The notes under the pieces were generated by a model. The model was not told where the DNA came from and ran no database searches. It saw only the letters and a program-made list of their open reading frames with translations. From positions 60,001-92,000 of the forward strand of contig CAYHAA010000010.1 in NCBI GenBank assembly GCA_964354495.1: a stretch of 32,000 nt of DNA, given 5' to 3'. The position numbers and the translations under genes are program-made. Shown piece by piece: positions 22,477 through 31,161 of this stretch. Position 1 is the first letter of the stretch, and each line of letters starts with the position of its first letter. Source of the stretch: an uncultured archaeon (lineage in GTDB: Archaea > Asgardarchaeota > Thorarchaeia > Thorarchaeales > Thorarchaeaceae).

Positions 22477-24117
22477 TCACCAATAGCTCCGAGCATATGC
22501 CAAATACTGGTCCCAACTGCTACAATGATAATAATGATATGAGAGGTCACGCTCCGATCCATATATATCAGGTACGCCACCTGAACTTTCGGCCATTCCT
22601 TCAACATGACCATACTCATGCATTAAAATCCATTGTCTATAATTCTGAAGATAATACGAGGCTTCATCGCCTATTGCAAATCCAAAGCCCCATATTCCAA
22701 ATCCCCAAATGTTGCTAGGATCTATGTAATGAGCAAATAAACCATATACCCATCTGGTCTGTCCGATATGATTGAAATACATATCGCGATAGTTGGATTC
22801 GTACTCGTCCCCGTTAATGTCATATTCAAAAGGAACGCTCGAACTCTGAACAAATGTCACTCTTCTGTAGTCATGGACTATCCAATATGCTTGGAGATAA
22901 TCAAAGATAGAAACAGGTTGCTGATGATTATAGCTGGTTCCTCCATGAACTCCAACCATCCAATCAACTTCGACGTTCCTATAATAGTAATTGATCCACC
23001 AGTGCGTCAAAGCCTTTGGATTCGTCCCGTAATTGCCATAGTACAGAACAAACTTGATTTCATGCATACCAGGTGTTGAATAACTTGGCAATTGAATATG
23101 ATAGGTACCAGGAGCAGTAAGTGTGCTGTGAAGCTGACCGTCTACATAGACGTATAAGTATCTGTAAAACGGATCATGAACATTGACGCATTGTATGTCT
23201 AGGTATGTGCTAGGACCCATCGGTGTGCGGTATCTGAGTTCCGAATAGAGCGCGTTTTGAAAGTTCTCTTCTGTCGTATCATAAGGTTGACCCGAAGAAT
23301 CAAAGAGGTGGTAATATCTGAGCTGCCATCCTTTATCGGATATACCTCCATTGTAGATTTCAAGTGTTATTGTCAACCATCCAGTGTAGATTAATGATAT
23401 ATCACCTTCCCAGTAGGGTTGTGTGCTATAGATTACTGTATTTAGTATCTGAACATATCCCACATACACCCGAAAGTATCTAGAGTAGGTATCTAGATCT
23501 CTCTCCACTCTTATGTGTGCCTTCATCCCGGACTGAATATATGCTTGATATGAGATCCTTGCATATGTGGACTTTGGAAACCAGTGCCCCTCCATTGCAG
23601 GAGTCACAGGTACTGCGCGCGTATTTCTATCATGAGGACCGAATTCCGAGCCCCAAGTATGTCCAGTGAAGTAACCACTGACAAGTGGAGTTGACTCTTT
23701 TTCTGATTCTATTATTATTTCTTGAGATACATTCATTGCTTCAGGTATACAATCAGCGGAAACAAATGGAGGCATTTGATTAATTCTCTCAATCTCTGGA
23801 GAGATTGAAGCATTCATCATTTGAACTTCCTCAAGTGTTGGGATTTTTGTTCCGAAATCCGTTTCTAGATAATTCAGGGTCGTAGGATCTCTCTCAGAGG
23901 TAGTTACCATATTGTTCCAAGGGATATCTGCATTCTGCGTAGTCATGGGACTTTCGGAAAACGCAGCTATTGCCAAAGCTCCCGGAATCTGATTGATAGT
24001 GCATACTAGCACCACAATCACAACAATCCTGATTGCAGAAAGAAAACGATCCTTTTTGAAACTCCATTTACCAGTCTTGAAATTCATACCACATACTTCC
24101 TCAATCAATCGTTCCAT
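22477..24117 (-). CDS. Membrane-anchored/secreted putative zinc metallopeptidase (HExxH)
   Basis: N-terminal hydrophobic helix, two Tyr-rich beta domains, and C-terminal ILMHEYGHVEGM. The start may be ATG 24087 after GAGGAAG. Confidence 0.7.
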   Translation of the reverse strand: MERLIEEVCGMNFKTGKWSFKKDRFLSAIRIVVIVVLVCTINQIPGALAIAAFSESPMTTQNADIPWNNMVTTSERDPTTLNYLETDFGTKIPTLEEVQMMNASISPEIERINQMPPFVSADCIPEAMNVSQEIIIESEKESTPLVSGYFTGHTWGSEFGPHDRNTRAVPVTPAMEGHWFPKSTYARISYQAYIQSGMKAHIRVERDLDTYSRYFRVYVGYVQILNTVIYSTQPYWEGDISLIYTGWLTITLEIYNGGISDKGWQLRYYHLFDSSGQPYDTTEENFQNALYSELRYRTPMGPSTYLDIQCVNVHDPFYRYLYVYVDGQLHSTLTAPGTYHIQLPSYSTPGMHEIKFVLYYGNYGTNPKALTHWWINYYYRNVEVDWMVGVHGGTSYNHQQPVSIFDYLQAYWIVHDYRRVTFVQSSSVPFEYDINGDEYESNYRDMYFNHIGQTRWVYGLFAHYIDPSNIWGFGIWGFGFAIGDEASYYLQNYRQWILMHEYGHVEGMAESSGGVPDIYGSERDLSYHYYHCSSWDQYLAYARSYW

Positions 24118-24217
24118 ACGCGGTAATCAGTTATTAGCCTTCGGTTTGTTGAAATGATCCGAAAATCATATCACCGGACTCACGTGATTGAGGACTCTTT
24201 CCAGTCCCATTTGATGC

Positions 24218-24481
24218 AACGATATTAGACCCTCTCAGGAGCATCTAGAACTTGGTCCTTGGCATTGCATCCTTGAGCAGCTCCACGCGCTCCCAAGGGT
24301 CTTCATCCAAGAAACGCATCATACTGTCAAAGGTCGCACCGCCCCACATCTCAAGGGAATGGTACCCAACATTGTCAATCTTCTCGCATATGGGTAGCAT
24401 GTCTTCAGTTCGCATTCGTGTGGCAATGAGAGACTGATGTGCGTCTCGCAATGTTGTATCGGTAATCAGAAGCTTTGCCAT
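24218..24481 (-). pseudogene. pycB: Truncated 5' fragment of pycB with an internal TAG
   Basis: 72/78 residues identical to the intact PycB N-terminus. Codon 79 is TAG where the intact gene has CAG. Homology continues in frame (MLLRGSNIV) to codon 88 at 24218 and then stops. Confidence 0.9.
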
Positions 24482-24509
24482 TGCTGACCAAATCAGTAGG
24501 TAGTTGATG

Positions 24510-24529
24510 GGTATTTAGTCATTCTGTTA
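24510..24529 (-). promoter_or_regulatory. Second copy of the pycB promoter motif
   Basis: Minus strand TAACAGAATGACTAAATACC, ending 29 nt upstream of the ATG at 24481. Confidence 0.7.
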
Positions 24530-24678
24530 TTGCGCTGCACATTCCATTCGTCCTCAGTCAGCGCCTCGATGTCTCATCCATTGACCGCGAAGGCAGATTA
24601 TAGCCAGAGAATAAGACTTGGAGGCAGCCACCAGACTCTCCTCTCAGGACTGGTGAAGCGTAGCCCAGATGTGGTGAG

Positions 24679-25221
24679 TCACTTACTTTGTTTCTTGACC
24701 CACCTCTCAATGATATCTGCGGCTACATCGTCAACAGCGGTCATTCTTACCACAACTCCGGTGACACTGTCAGTGACAAAGATGTTGTAGTAGTGTCTGC
24801 GACTGCTCTTTTGAGCCCATACGGTCTTCAAATACTGCTCAGGCGCCAACCGCTTCAGATTCGACCTAAGTATCTCTTTCTTTATGGACTTGCCCTGTAC
24901 TTCAATCAGTCGCTCCGAGGTGAGATAGTACATGGTCCGTTTCATCTGGACAAACAAGTAGATCACATAGAGAAGAAGTACAAAGAATGCAATCACCGCG
25001 ATTATGTCGAAGATAACAACGATGAGTAGAAGGCCGGCAGGTGAACCTTGAGCAAGATTGCCCAATACTGCTGCAACCACGACTAGAAGCAACATCGGGA
25101 AACAGCCATTGCGCATGAGAATCATGATGCCAATTCCTGCTCTCTGACTCCACTCGATGGTCTCGCCATCATTCAGCCCTTGAACTGGTGAGTCGGGTGT
25201 TGCGACATCGTTACGCGGCAT
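24679..25221 (-). CDS. Membrane protein with two TM helices and a bacterial PH-like C-terminal domain
   Basis: ETIEWSQR, two hydrophobic helices, then YYLTSERLIEVQG, a pattern typical of bPH-domain proteins. Confidence 0.7.
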   Translation of the reverse strand: MPRNDVATPDSPVQGLNDGETIEWSQRAGIGIMILMRNGCFPMLLLVVVAAVLGNLAQGSPAGLLLIVVIFDIIAVIAFFVLLLYVIYLFVQMKRTMYYLTSERLIEVQGKSIKKEILRSNLKRLAPEQYLKTVWAQKSSRRHYYNIFVTDSVTGVVVRMTAVDDVAADIIERWVKKQSK

Positions 25222-25433
25222 ACTACGATTCCCATGTCACAGCATCTAGGCGGGTATTTGAAGATTATCACGGAGAATAGCATGTGAGAGGTGGTGATCA
25301 TGGCACAGGCATGAGTCTTAAGATGATCTCCGGAACGAGCTATCAGAGAAACCAACAAAGCATTTAACGGACCAAGTCAAGGAGGCAGGAATAGGACAAC
25401 TCCGCAGAGAATGACGGACGAAAGGCGAGGATC

Positions 25434-26105
25434 ATGAGAAGAAGGTCGATGTGCCTGCTATTTGTGCTTCTACTGGTCACTGCTTCGATTATCGGTGGCC
25501 TCTACGTGTTACTCACCCAAACAGAGCTAGTTGAGTATGATGAAACGGTGGTCATTTACGAGGACACCTATCCTGCTGCGGAGAATATCTCGATCTATTA
25601 CGATGTTTGCTTCCACAACGTCACATTCAACGTGGTTGACGACCCTGGATTCATGATTAGAGTCAACTGGAAGCTCACTGTCCTAGTCGAAGGAGCAAAG
25701 GGAAAGAATACAGGTCTTCAAGTGACTAATACCTCATCGGATGAGTTTGTGTACATTCAGATACTGAAAGAGAACCCCAGTGATGTATGTGCACTGAATG
25801 CAGGAGATGCGCGAGCGTTCGTGAATGTCACGATCAACAGGGCATATACGATTGATATTGAGGCGTCGGCAGGACATGGCAATATCAATATGACTGCAAG
25901 TAATGCAACGTTCCAGAACGTGTACTTCCATCATGGAATCAACTGCCCAGGCAACAATGGAATCAACATGACGGATTCAACGGTATATGGCGACCTTACC
26001 TGTCAGGTCTCGACAGGATACTACTGGGTGAGGCTTGAGAATGTTGATATCGGAGGCACATTGTCATGTGCGCCAGTGGAACGTGGAACACTGATTGTAC
26101 TCTGA
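25434..26105 (+). CDS. N-terminally anchored beta-rich extracellular protein (weak DUF4097/adhesin-like resemblance)
   Basis: MRRR followed by a hydrophobic anchor, many sequons, and G-x-I-x-(M/L) strand repeats (GHGNINMTAS, GINMTDS, GDLTCQVSTG). Confidence 0.7.
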   Translation: MRRRSMCLLFVLLLVTASIIGGLYVLLTQTELVEYDETVVIYEDTYPAAENISIYYDVCFHNVTFNVVDDPGFMIRVNWKLTVLVEGAKGKNTGLQVTNTSSDEFVYIQILKENPSDVCALNAGDARAFVNVTINRAYTIDIEASAGHGNINMTASNATFQNVYFHHGINCPGNNGINMTDSTVYGDLTCQVSTGYYWVRLENVDIGGTLSCAPVERGTLIVL

Positions 26106-26188
26106 GATGAGCTTCACGAACCTGAATTTTCCTCCTGGCCAGTCTCCCGACGTACTCCGCAAGTCTTTTCACATCGTTAGACACAGGA

Positions 26189-27652
26189 ATGTCGTGTGAC
26201 AGCCTCATGACGGATTCCAGCATGTCGACCTATCCAGATGTCGGAGAGATTTACAGAAGACTCGACGCCCTGATGCAATTGCCCGTTCACGGGATCAGAC
26301 CGGACGCGATGACAAAATACCTGAAATACTTCGACACTCATTGTACGAAGTCGAAGGAGATTGTCACAAAGGCCCGGGAGTTCATACCCGGCGGCGTCCA
26401 GCACAACCTGGCATTCAATCACCCATTTCCCATCGTGATAGAGAAGGCAGATGGGGCGTATCTGTGGGATATCGACGGCAACAGATACATCGACTTCCTT
26501 CAGGCTGGCGGTCCCACCATGCTGGGCAGTAACTACAAACCCGTGCGTGACAAGATTATCGAGCTCATCAATGAGCAGGCACCGGTGACCGGTCTGTTCT
26601 CAGAGTACGAGCTCCTGCTTGCAGAGGAAATCAACAGGCACGTGCCCTCAGTCGAGTTGTTCCGTATGCTGGGAAGTGGAACTGAGGCAGTGATGGCTGC
26701 GGCCCGCGTTGCTCGTCTGGCAAGCAAACGAAAGAAAGTGATCAAGCTCGGAGGTGCATACCATGGTTGGAGTGACCAGATGGTCTACGGACTCCATATT
26801 CCTGGCACACGCGGGTTCGAGGCTCACGGCATTCCCAAGAGCTACAGGAAGCACACTCAGGAGGTCTATCCAAACAGCATTAGCGCTCTGAAGAAGAATC
26901 TCTCTGTGAACAAGCTGAAAGGAGGAACAGCTGCAGTCATCATCGAGCCGATGGGGCCAGAATCCGGTACTCGTCCGGTAGACCGTGAGTACAACAAGCA
27001 GGTCCGAGAACTATGCGACCAGCATGATGTCTTTCTCATATTCGACGAGGTAGTGACATTCGGAAGGATTGGACTATCTGGTGCCCAGGGCTACTTCGGT
27101 ATCAAACCCGACTTGACCGTCTTTGGAAAGGTGGTGGCAGGCGGATATCCCGGTGCAGGTGGGCTGGGAGGAAGGAGAGATATCATGGAACACCTCGCAG
27201 CCGGAATAGAGAGCGGAAAGAAGAGGGCCTATGTTGGAGGCACACTGGCAGCAAGTCCAATCAGTTCAGCGGCTGGATACTACGCCATTCAGGAGATTGA
27301 GAGGACGAATGCCTGCCAGAAGGCAGGACGTGCAGGCGACCGTATGACTGTTGGTCTTGAGAAGCTCATCGAAGAGCGGAACCTGCCCTATGTGGCGTAC
27401 AATCAGGGTGCGATATGTCACCTTGAAACTGTTGGAGCGATGTTTGTGAAATTGAATTATCTGAAAATCCGCTCTGTGCTCAAGGAGATTAAAGAGAGGA
27501 AGTTCGCAATGGAGGAGATGGGCGCGGCCTACATGGCGGAGGGTGTCATAACGCTCGGAGGCTCAAGAATGTACACCAGCATGGCTGACACTGACGAGGT
27601 CGTGGACGATGCTTTGACTCGGTTCGCACGAGTCTTCGACACTGCGAAATAA
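26189..27652 (+). CDS. Class III PLP aminotransferase, glutamate-1-semialdehyde aminomutase (HemL)-like
   Basis: IPGGVQHN, GAYLWDIDGNRYIDF, GSGTEAVMAA, YHGWSD, LIFDEVVTFGR, DLTVFGKVVAGGYP (PLP Lys). The start may be ATG 26222. Confidence 0.88.
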   Translation: MSCDSLMTDSSMSTYPDVGEIYRRLDALMQLPVHGIRPDAMTKYLKYFDTHCTKSKEIVTKAREFIPGGVQHNLAFNHPFPIVIEKADGAYLWDIDGNRYIDFLQAGGPTMLGSNYKPVRDKIIELINEQAPVTGLFSEYELLLAEEINRHVPSVELFRMLGSGTEAVMAAARVARLASKRKKVIKLGGAYHGWSDQMVYGLHIPGTRGFEAHGIPKSYRKHTQEVYPNSISALKKNLSVNKLKGGTAAVIIEPMGPESGTRPVDREYNKQVRELCDQHDVFLIFDEVVTFGRIGLSGAQGYFGIKPDLTVFGKVVAGGYPGAGGLGGRRDIMEHLAAGIESGKKRAYVGGTLAASPISSAAGYYAIQEIERTNACQKAGRAGDRMTVGLEKLIEERNLPYVAYNQGAICHLETVGAMFVKLNYLKIRSVLKEIKERKFAMEEMGAAYMAEGVITLGGSRMYTSMADTDEVVDDALTRFARVFDTAK

Positions 27653-27781
27653 CGTGAGGGAATCAGTGCAGTAGATGTAGACCAAGCAGGGCGACTGGTC
27701 TGCGATGAGGGAAAAGATTCAGCCCAAGTATCAGGTAGAATATGCCAAGATACTATCACAAAACAAGAGTGGACGGTTTCT

Positions 27782-28249
27782 CTATCTCATTGTTCCAGCA
27801 TTCACTGATTTCGACCAGATAATCTCAGGATGAGAATCATCTGTGAATGATTGAAACTTATCATATGTCACAAGATGCATCCTGAGGCTGTCAATGCATG
27901 CTTTCAGTTTGGATTCGCTGTCAGGATGACCTAGACTGAATGAGTTGGGTTCTAGAGGGCGACCATGCTTGAATGCAGTGTAGAAACACGCTTCAATTCC
28001 TTTTGCCCCGAGGCTGTGGGCCCGTTGACCGACAGTCATAATGAGATCGAGATCTTCCTGAGTTTCAATCGCCATATAGTATGCAGGGCGAAGTGGATGC
28101 GATCTGTCGGTGAACTTGACGATGCGAGAACCCTCAGGAAATTCAGCCCCTAAGCAGCTGTTGCATCTCCACTTGCCGCCCTCACTGGACAGGTCATAGA
28201 CATACTGCAGGTTTTCAGTGGATCCACATACACCACATTGATTGGTCAT
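27782..28249 (-). CDS. Hypothetical protein with an N-terminal Zn finger
   Basis: CGVC...WRCNSC in the first 35 aa of a 155-aa ORF. Confidence 0.65.
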   Translation of the reverse strand: MTNQCGVCGSTENLQYVYDLSSEGGKWRCNSCLGAEFPEGSRIVKFTDRSHPLRPAYYMAIETQEDLDLIMTVGQRAHSLGAKGIEACFYTAFKHGRPLEPNSFSLGHPDSESKLKACIDSLRMHLVTYDKFQSFTDDSHPEIIWSKSVNAGTMR

Positions 28250-28485
28250 ATCATCGTCCCACTGTCTTCTTTAACAGGAGAAAGGAAAGAAACCAAAGAA
28301 CAAGAGTTGTTATGTTCTCTGCGTGTTACAGACAAAACTGGGTGTTTGAGCTTCTTAGCCCAAATAGTTGGTGCAGAGATACAGACTGCCAAACGACTAT
28401 GGACCATTGCCACTGTAGAACCGCACTCAGAATTCGTCTGTGATGATACATACCTACTGAGAATCAAGACCGAGTATGATTTGTC

Positions 28486-29316
28486 TTACTTTGGACTACT
28501 GAGTCCCAATATCCTCCGCGTATCGTCTGGCTTGGCCACTTCGCGACCCAGTGTTTCAGCCAAGCGCCGAATCCTGGCTACAAAATCCTGATTGGGAGCA
28601 AGCAGGCCCTTCGACAAGTAGATGTTGTCTTCAAGCCCGACTCGGACATGCCCACCAATACTGACAGACAGACTTGTCATGTTGAGCTGGCATTTGCCAA
28701 CTCCGGCCACTGTGAATATAGATTGTTCTGGCAGTTGTCTGGTCATATGAATGAGATTCTCGGTCGTCCCTGGAATACCACCATCAACACCCATGACCAA
28801 TTGGAATGCGGAGGGTTTCTCAATCAGCCCCTGCTGTAGCAGCTTGGTGCCCTGATGAATGAAACCAACGTCAAAAGCCTCCAGCTCTGGCTTGATCTTC
28901 AGCTGCTGCATCTTCGTGGCAAGGAATGTCACGGTTTCCCAGCTGTTGATGTACACACGCGAGGGTTTTCGTCCGGCGAAGTTCAACGAATTGGTGGTTA
29001 GACTCGCCATTTCGGGTTTTGCCCTGAGAGGCCAGGCGCGTTCCTCATCAGACTTCCCAGCTACACCGCTGGTCGAAACCATCACAACGAGACCTGTCCG
29101 TTTACGTATCTTGTCCACGGTCTCCTTGAAGAGATGAGAGTCGGACGTAGGTGCTTCACTCTCGTCACGACAGTGCACATGGACGATGGAGGCGCCTTCC
29201 TGCTCACAGAGATACGCTGCCTCCGCAATCTCATCCGGTGTAGTGGGGAGATATGGTGTGTCCTTCTTTGTAGGAACGGATCCTGTAGGCGCCACAGTGA
29301 TTATCAGCTTCTCCAA
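28486..29316 (-). CDS. Beta-keto acid cleavage enzyme (BKACE / DUF849, Kce-like)
   Basis: LIITVAPTG, HVHCRD (metal His pair), KPEMASL, PELEAFDVG, GGHVRVGLEDNIY. TTG start after GAGGAGG. Confidence 0.92.
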   Translation of the reverse strand: MEKLIITVAPTGSVPTKKDTPYLPTTPDEIAEAAYLCEQEGASIVHVHCRDESEAPTSDSHLFKETVDKIRKRTGLVVMVSTSGVAGKSDEERAWPLRAKPEMASLTTNSLNFAGRKPSRVYINSWETVTFLATKMQQLKIKPELEAFDVGFIHQGTKLLQQGLIEKPSAFQLVMGVDGGIPGTTENLIHMTRQLPEQSIFTVAGVGKCQLNMTSLSVSIGGHVRVGLEDNIYLSKGLLAPNQDFVARIRRLAETLGREVAKPDDTRRILGLSSPK

Positions 29317-29487
29317 CGATGAGCCTCCTCAGATACAAGGCAATACTAGAGGGCGGTATGAGGAATACTTGTATCTTAACTTACTGATTCTACACAGTGA
29401 CTAAATGCCATGAGAAAGTTTCTATGGGACTCGTATCTTGATTATGGGGTAACATGCGTGAAACCCGGAGAGTGAGAAGGTGGTAGT

Positions 29488-30777
29488 ATGCTCCTAGCAA
29501 CGGTCAGCAAGAAGACGAAGCACTCAGCAACGTTAGCCATGAACGAAATGGTGACGCAACTTCGAAAGAGCGGAAAAGAAGTGTACCACCTGGGTTTTGG
29601 CGAATCACCGTTTCCAATTCATCCCATCATCCAGAAGGCGTTGCGTGACAACGCAGACCAGAGGAGCTATCTCCCCACTCAGGGTATCCTACCCCTTCGC
29701 GAGCAGATCTGTAAGTTCTATGAGAAGATGTTTGGATTGTATATTGCACCAGAACAGATCATTGTAGGACCGGGGAGCAAGATACTACTCTATAATGCAA
29801 TGATGGCACTTCAAGGACCACTCTTCGTCCCTACTCCCTCGTGGGTGAGTTATGATGAGCAAGCCCGGCTCTTGGGCAAGGAGGTATACTATGTCAGCAC
29901 GAGCTCAGACACGTCGTATTTGATGACTGCGGAGGTCTTCGAAAATGCGCTTCGAAAGCACAGCTCTGGTTCCGAGAAGCAGCGACTGCTGGTCATAAAC
30001 TATCCATGCAATCCAACTGGACAGAGTTACTCCGCAGCACAACTGAAAGAGTTGGCTGATGTGGCACGACAAAATGACATCGTTGTCTTATCAGATGAGA
30101 TCTATGCACTTCTGACATTTCAGAGCCATGAGCATCATAGCATTGCCGAGTATTATCCTGAGGGCACCTTGGTAACGGGAGGTCTCTCCAAGGACCGGTC
30201 AGCAGGAGGATTCCGGGTTGGTGTAATCATACTTCCACCACAGGAACATGAACTACGAAACGCCATGCTCACAATGGCAAGCAACATCTGGTCTTGTGTG
30301 GCTGCGCCCATACAGTATGCTGCTGTCGAGGCATACAGACCGAACCAAGAGATTTCAGACTATATCAGAGACTGTACCGCAGTCCATGAGATTGTGACAA
30401 CACATCTTCATCAAAAGCTCAAGAGTTTCGACGTCAGGTGCCCTGCTCCTCAGGGAGCATTCTATCTATTTCCAGACTGGAATAAAGACCGCAAGATCTT
30501 AGCCGCCAAAGGGATCAAGACATCGATGAATCTCTCGAAATCACTTCTCCAGGATTGGGGTATCGCTACACTGCCAGGATCAGATTTTGGCATGTCCCCA
30601 TCGGAACTCTGTATTCGAATCGCCACAGTCGACTATGACGGAGAGTTCGCTTTGAAACAGTACGTAGGAAACAGACAGAAGGCGAGGAGCAGTCCCGACT
30701 TGTTTGTCAACAAAGTGGCACCGCGTCTAATCACAGCTATGGGCCGTCTTCAGAAATTCACAGAGTCATTCAGGTAA
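29488..30777 (+). CDS. Class I/II PLP aminotransferase (aspartate aminotransferase-like)
   Basis: LGFGESPF, YLPTQGILPLREQI, NYPCNPTG, LSDEIY, GGLSKDRSAGGFRVG (PLP Lys), GAFYLF. Confidence 0.92.
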   Translation: MLLATVSKKTKHSATLAMNEMVTQLRKSGKEVYHLGFGESPFPIHPIIQKALRDNADQRSYLPTQGILPLREQICKFYEKMFGLYIAPEQIIVGPGSKILLYNAMMALQGPLFVPTPSWVSYDEQARLLGKEVYYVSTSSDTSYLMTAEVFENALRKHSSGSEKQRLLVINYPCNPTGQSYSAAQLKELADVARQNDIVVLSDEIYALLTFQSHEHHSIAEYYPEGTLVTGGLSKDRSAGGFRVGVIILPPQEHELRNAMLTMASNIWSCVAAPIQYAAVEAYRPNQEISDYIRDCTAVHEIVTTHLHQKLKSFDVRCPAPQGAFYLFPDWNKDRKILAAKGIKTSMNLSKSLLQDWGIATLPGSDFGMSPSELCIRIATVDYDGEFALKQYVGNRQKARSSPDLFVNKVAPRLITAMGRLQKFTESFR

Positions 30778-30901
30778 GATCACTACGTAAAGTGAAACTT
30801 TCTCCAAGGCTATTTTCGAATGCATGTGAAGGCCGAAGCATATGACTCAGCGAACAATTGACTTGGCGGCAACAACAAATGAAACTGAGTAGCGAGTAAT
30901 C

Positions 30902-31018
30902 CTATCTCTTCTTACCTGTTCTTGCTTTCCTCTTTATGGGCGGTATCGGCCCGGCCATAGATCCTATGTTTCCGGGCTGATATGAATCATCAACTTGTTT
31001 CTTGCCACTCTTACTCAT
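30902..31018 (-). CDS. Candidate 38-aa basic small protein
   Basis: MSKSGKKQVDDSYQPGNIGSMAGPIPPIKRKARTGKKR*, with AGGAGG 7 nt upstream of the ATG. It is below the ORF-track cutoff. Confidence 0.4.
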   Translation of the reverse strand: MSKSGKKQVDDSYQPGNIGSMAGPIPPIKRKARTGKKR

Positions 31019-31079
31019 TAATCAGCCTCCTAGTTCTTCGTCGTCCTTCCCTTTTGTTGATACTCCTCGGCATCCTCAT

Positions 31080-31105
31080 AGGGAACAATAATAGGATTGT
31101 TCCCT
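31080..31105. terminator. Perfect 10-bp hairpin followed by a T-rich run on the plus strand
   Basis: AGGGAACAAT-AATAGG-ATTGTTCCCT, then TTGCTTTTT. Confidence 0.45.
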
Positions 31106-31154
31106 TTGCTTTTTAGTTCATCTATTCTATCATCGCTTGCTCAAAATCCAAGTC

Positions 31155-31161
31155 AAAAAAA
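31155..31161 (-). terminator. T7 tract immediately after the radical-SAM-like stop codon
   Basis: Minus strand TAG TTTTTTT GAC. Confidence 0.5.

Larger units (their letters stand above)
21347..24217. mobile_element. Putative ~2.9-kb inserted segment flanked by diverged direct repeats (promoter + pycB 5' end)
   Basis: Flanks 21035-21346 and 24218-24529 are homologous. Spot GC counts: 20/60 (line 22621) and 19/60 (line 23341) inside, versus 32/60 (line 20041) and 35/60 (line 26941) outside. No recombinase gene is present. Confidence 0.55.

Noticed and set aside
22410-22619. 69-aa overlapping ORF with a TM-like IIIIIVAV stretch, as a frameshifted membrane anchor of the peptidase
   Set aside because: The Ile run arises from reading the Tyr/His codons of the main frame out of phase. 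The main frame ends plausibly, the protein already has an N-terminal anchor, and I see no slippery site.
24245-24247. In-frame TAG in the pycB stub as a pyrrolysine/read-through codon
   Set aside because: Homology ends 9 codons later and the frame closes shortly after. TAG is also the ordinary stop of several genes here (1240, 6034, 6082, 18009, 31162), and no pyl genes are seen. A nonsense mutation is simpler.
26189-27652. Calling the class III aminotransferase hemL
   Set aside because: Family motifs fit, but there is an atypical N-terminal extension and no tetrapyrrole genes nearby, so no symbol is assigned.
28238-28591. Plus-strand 117-aa ORF with a faintly ACT-like segment (LRVTDKTGCLSFLAQIV)
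   Set aside because: It overlaps both neighbouring minus-strand genes antisense, has no clear RBS, and the similarity is too short to support.
29398-29409. TGACTAAATGCC resembling the pycB promoter motif; also GGTATTTG at 25253-25260
   Set aside because: These are short matches to a generic TATA-like element. The spacing to the aminotransferase ATG (~79 nt) differs, so a shared regulon is not supportable.
31030-31140. Protein-like minus-strand frame ASDDRIDELKSKGNNPIIVPYEDAEEYQQKGRTTKN*
   Set aside because: It is preceded directly by an in-frame TGA with no start codon. It could be a gene remnant but cannot be supported.
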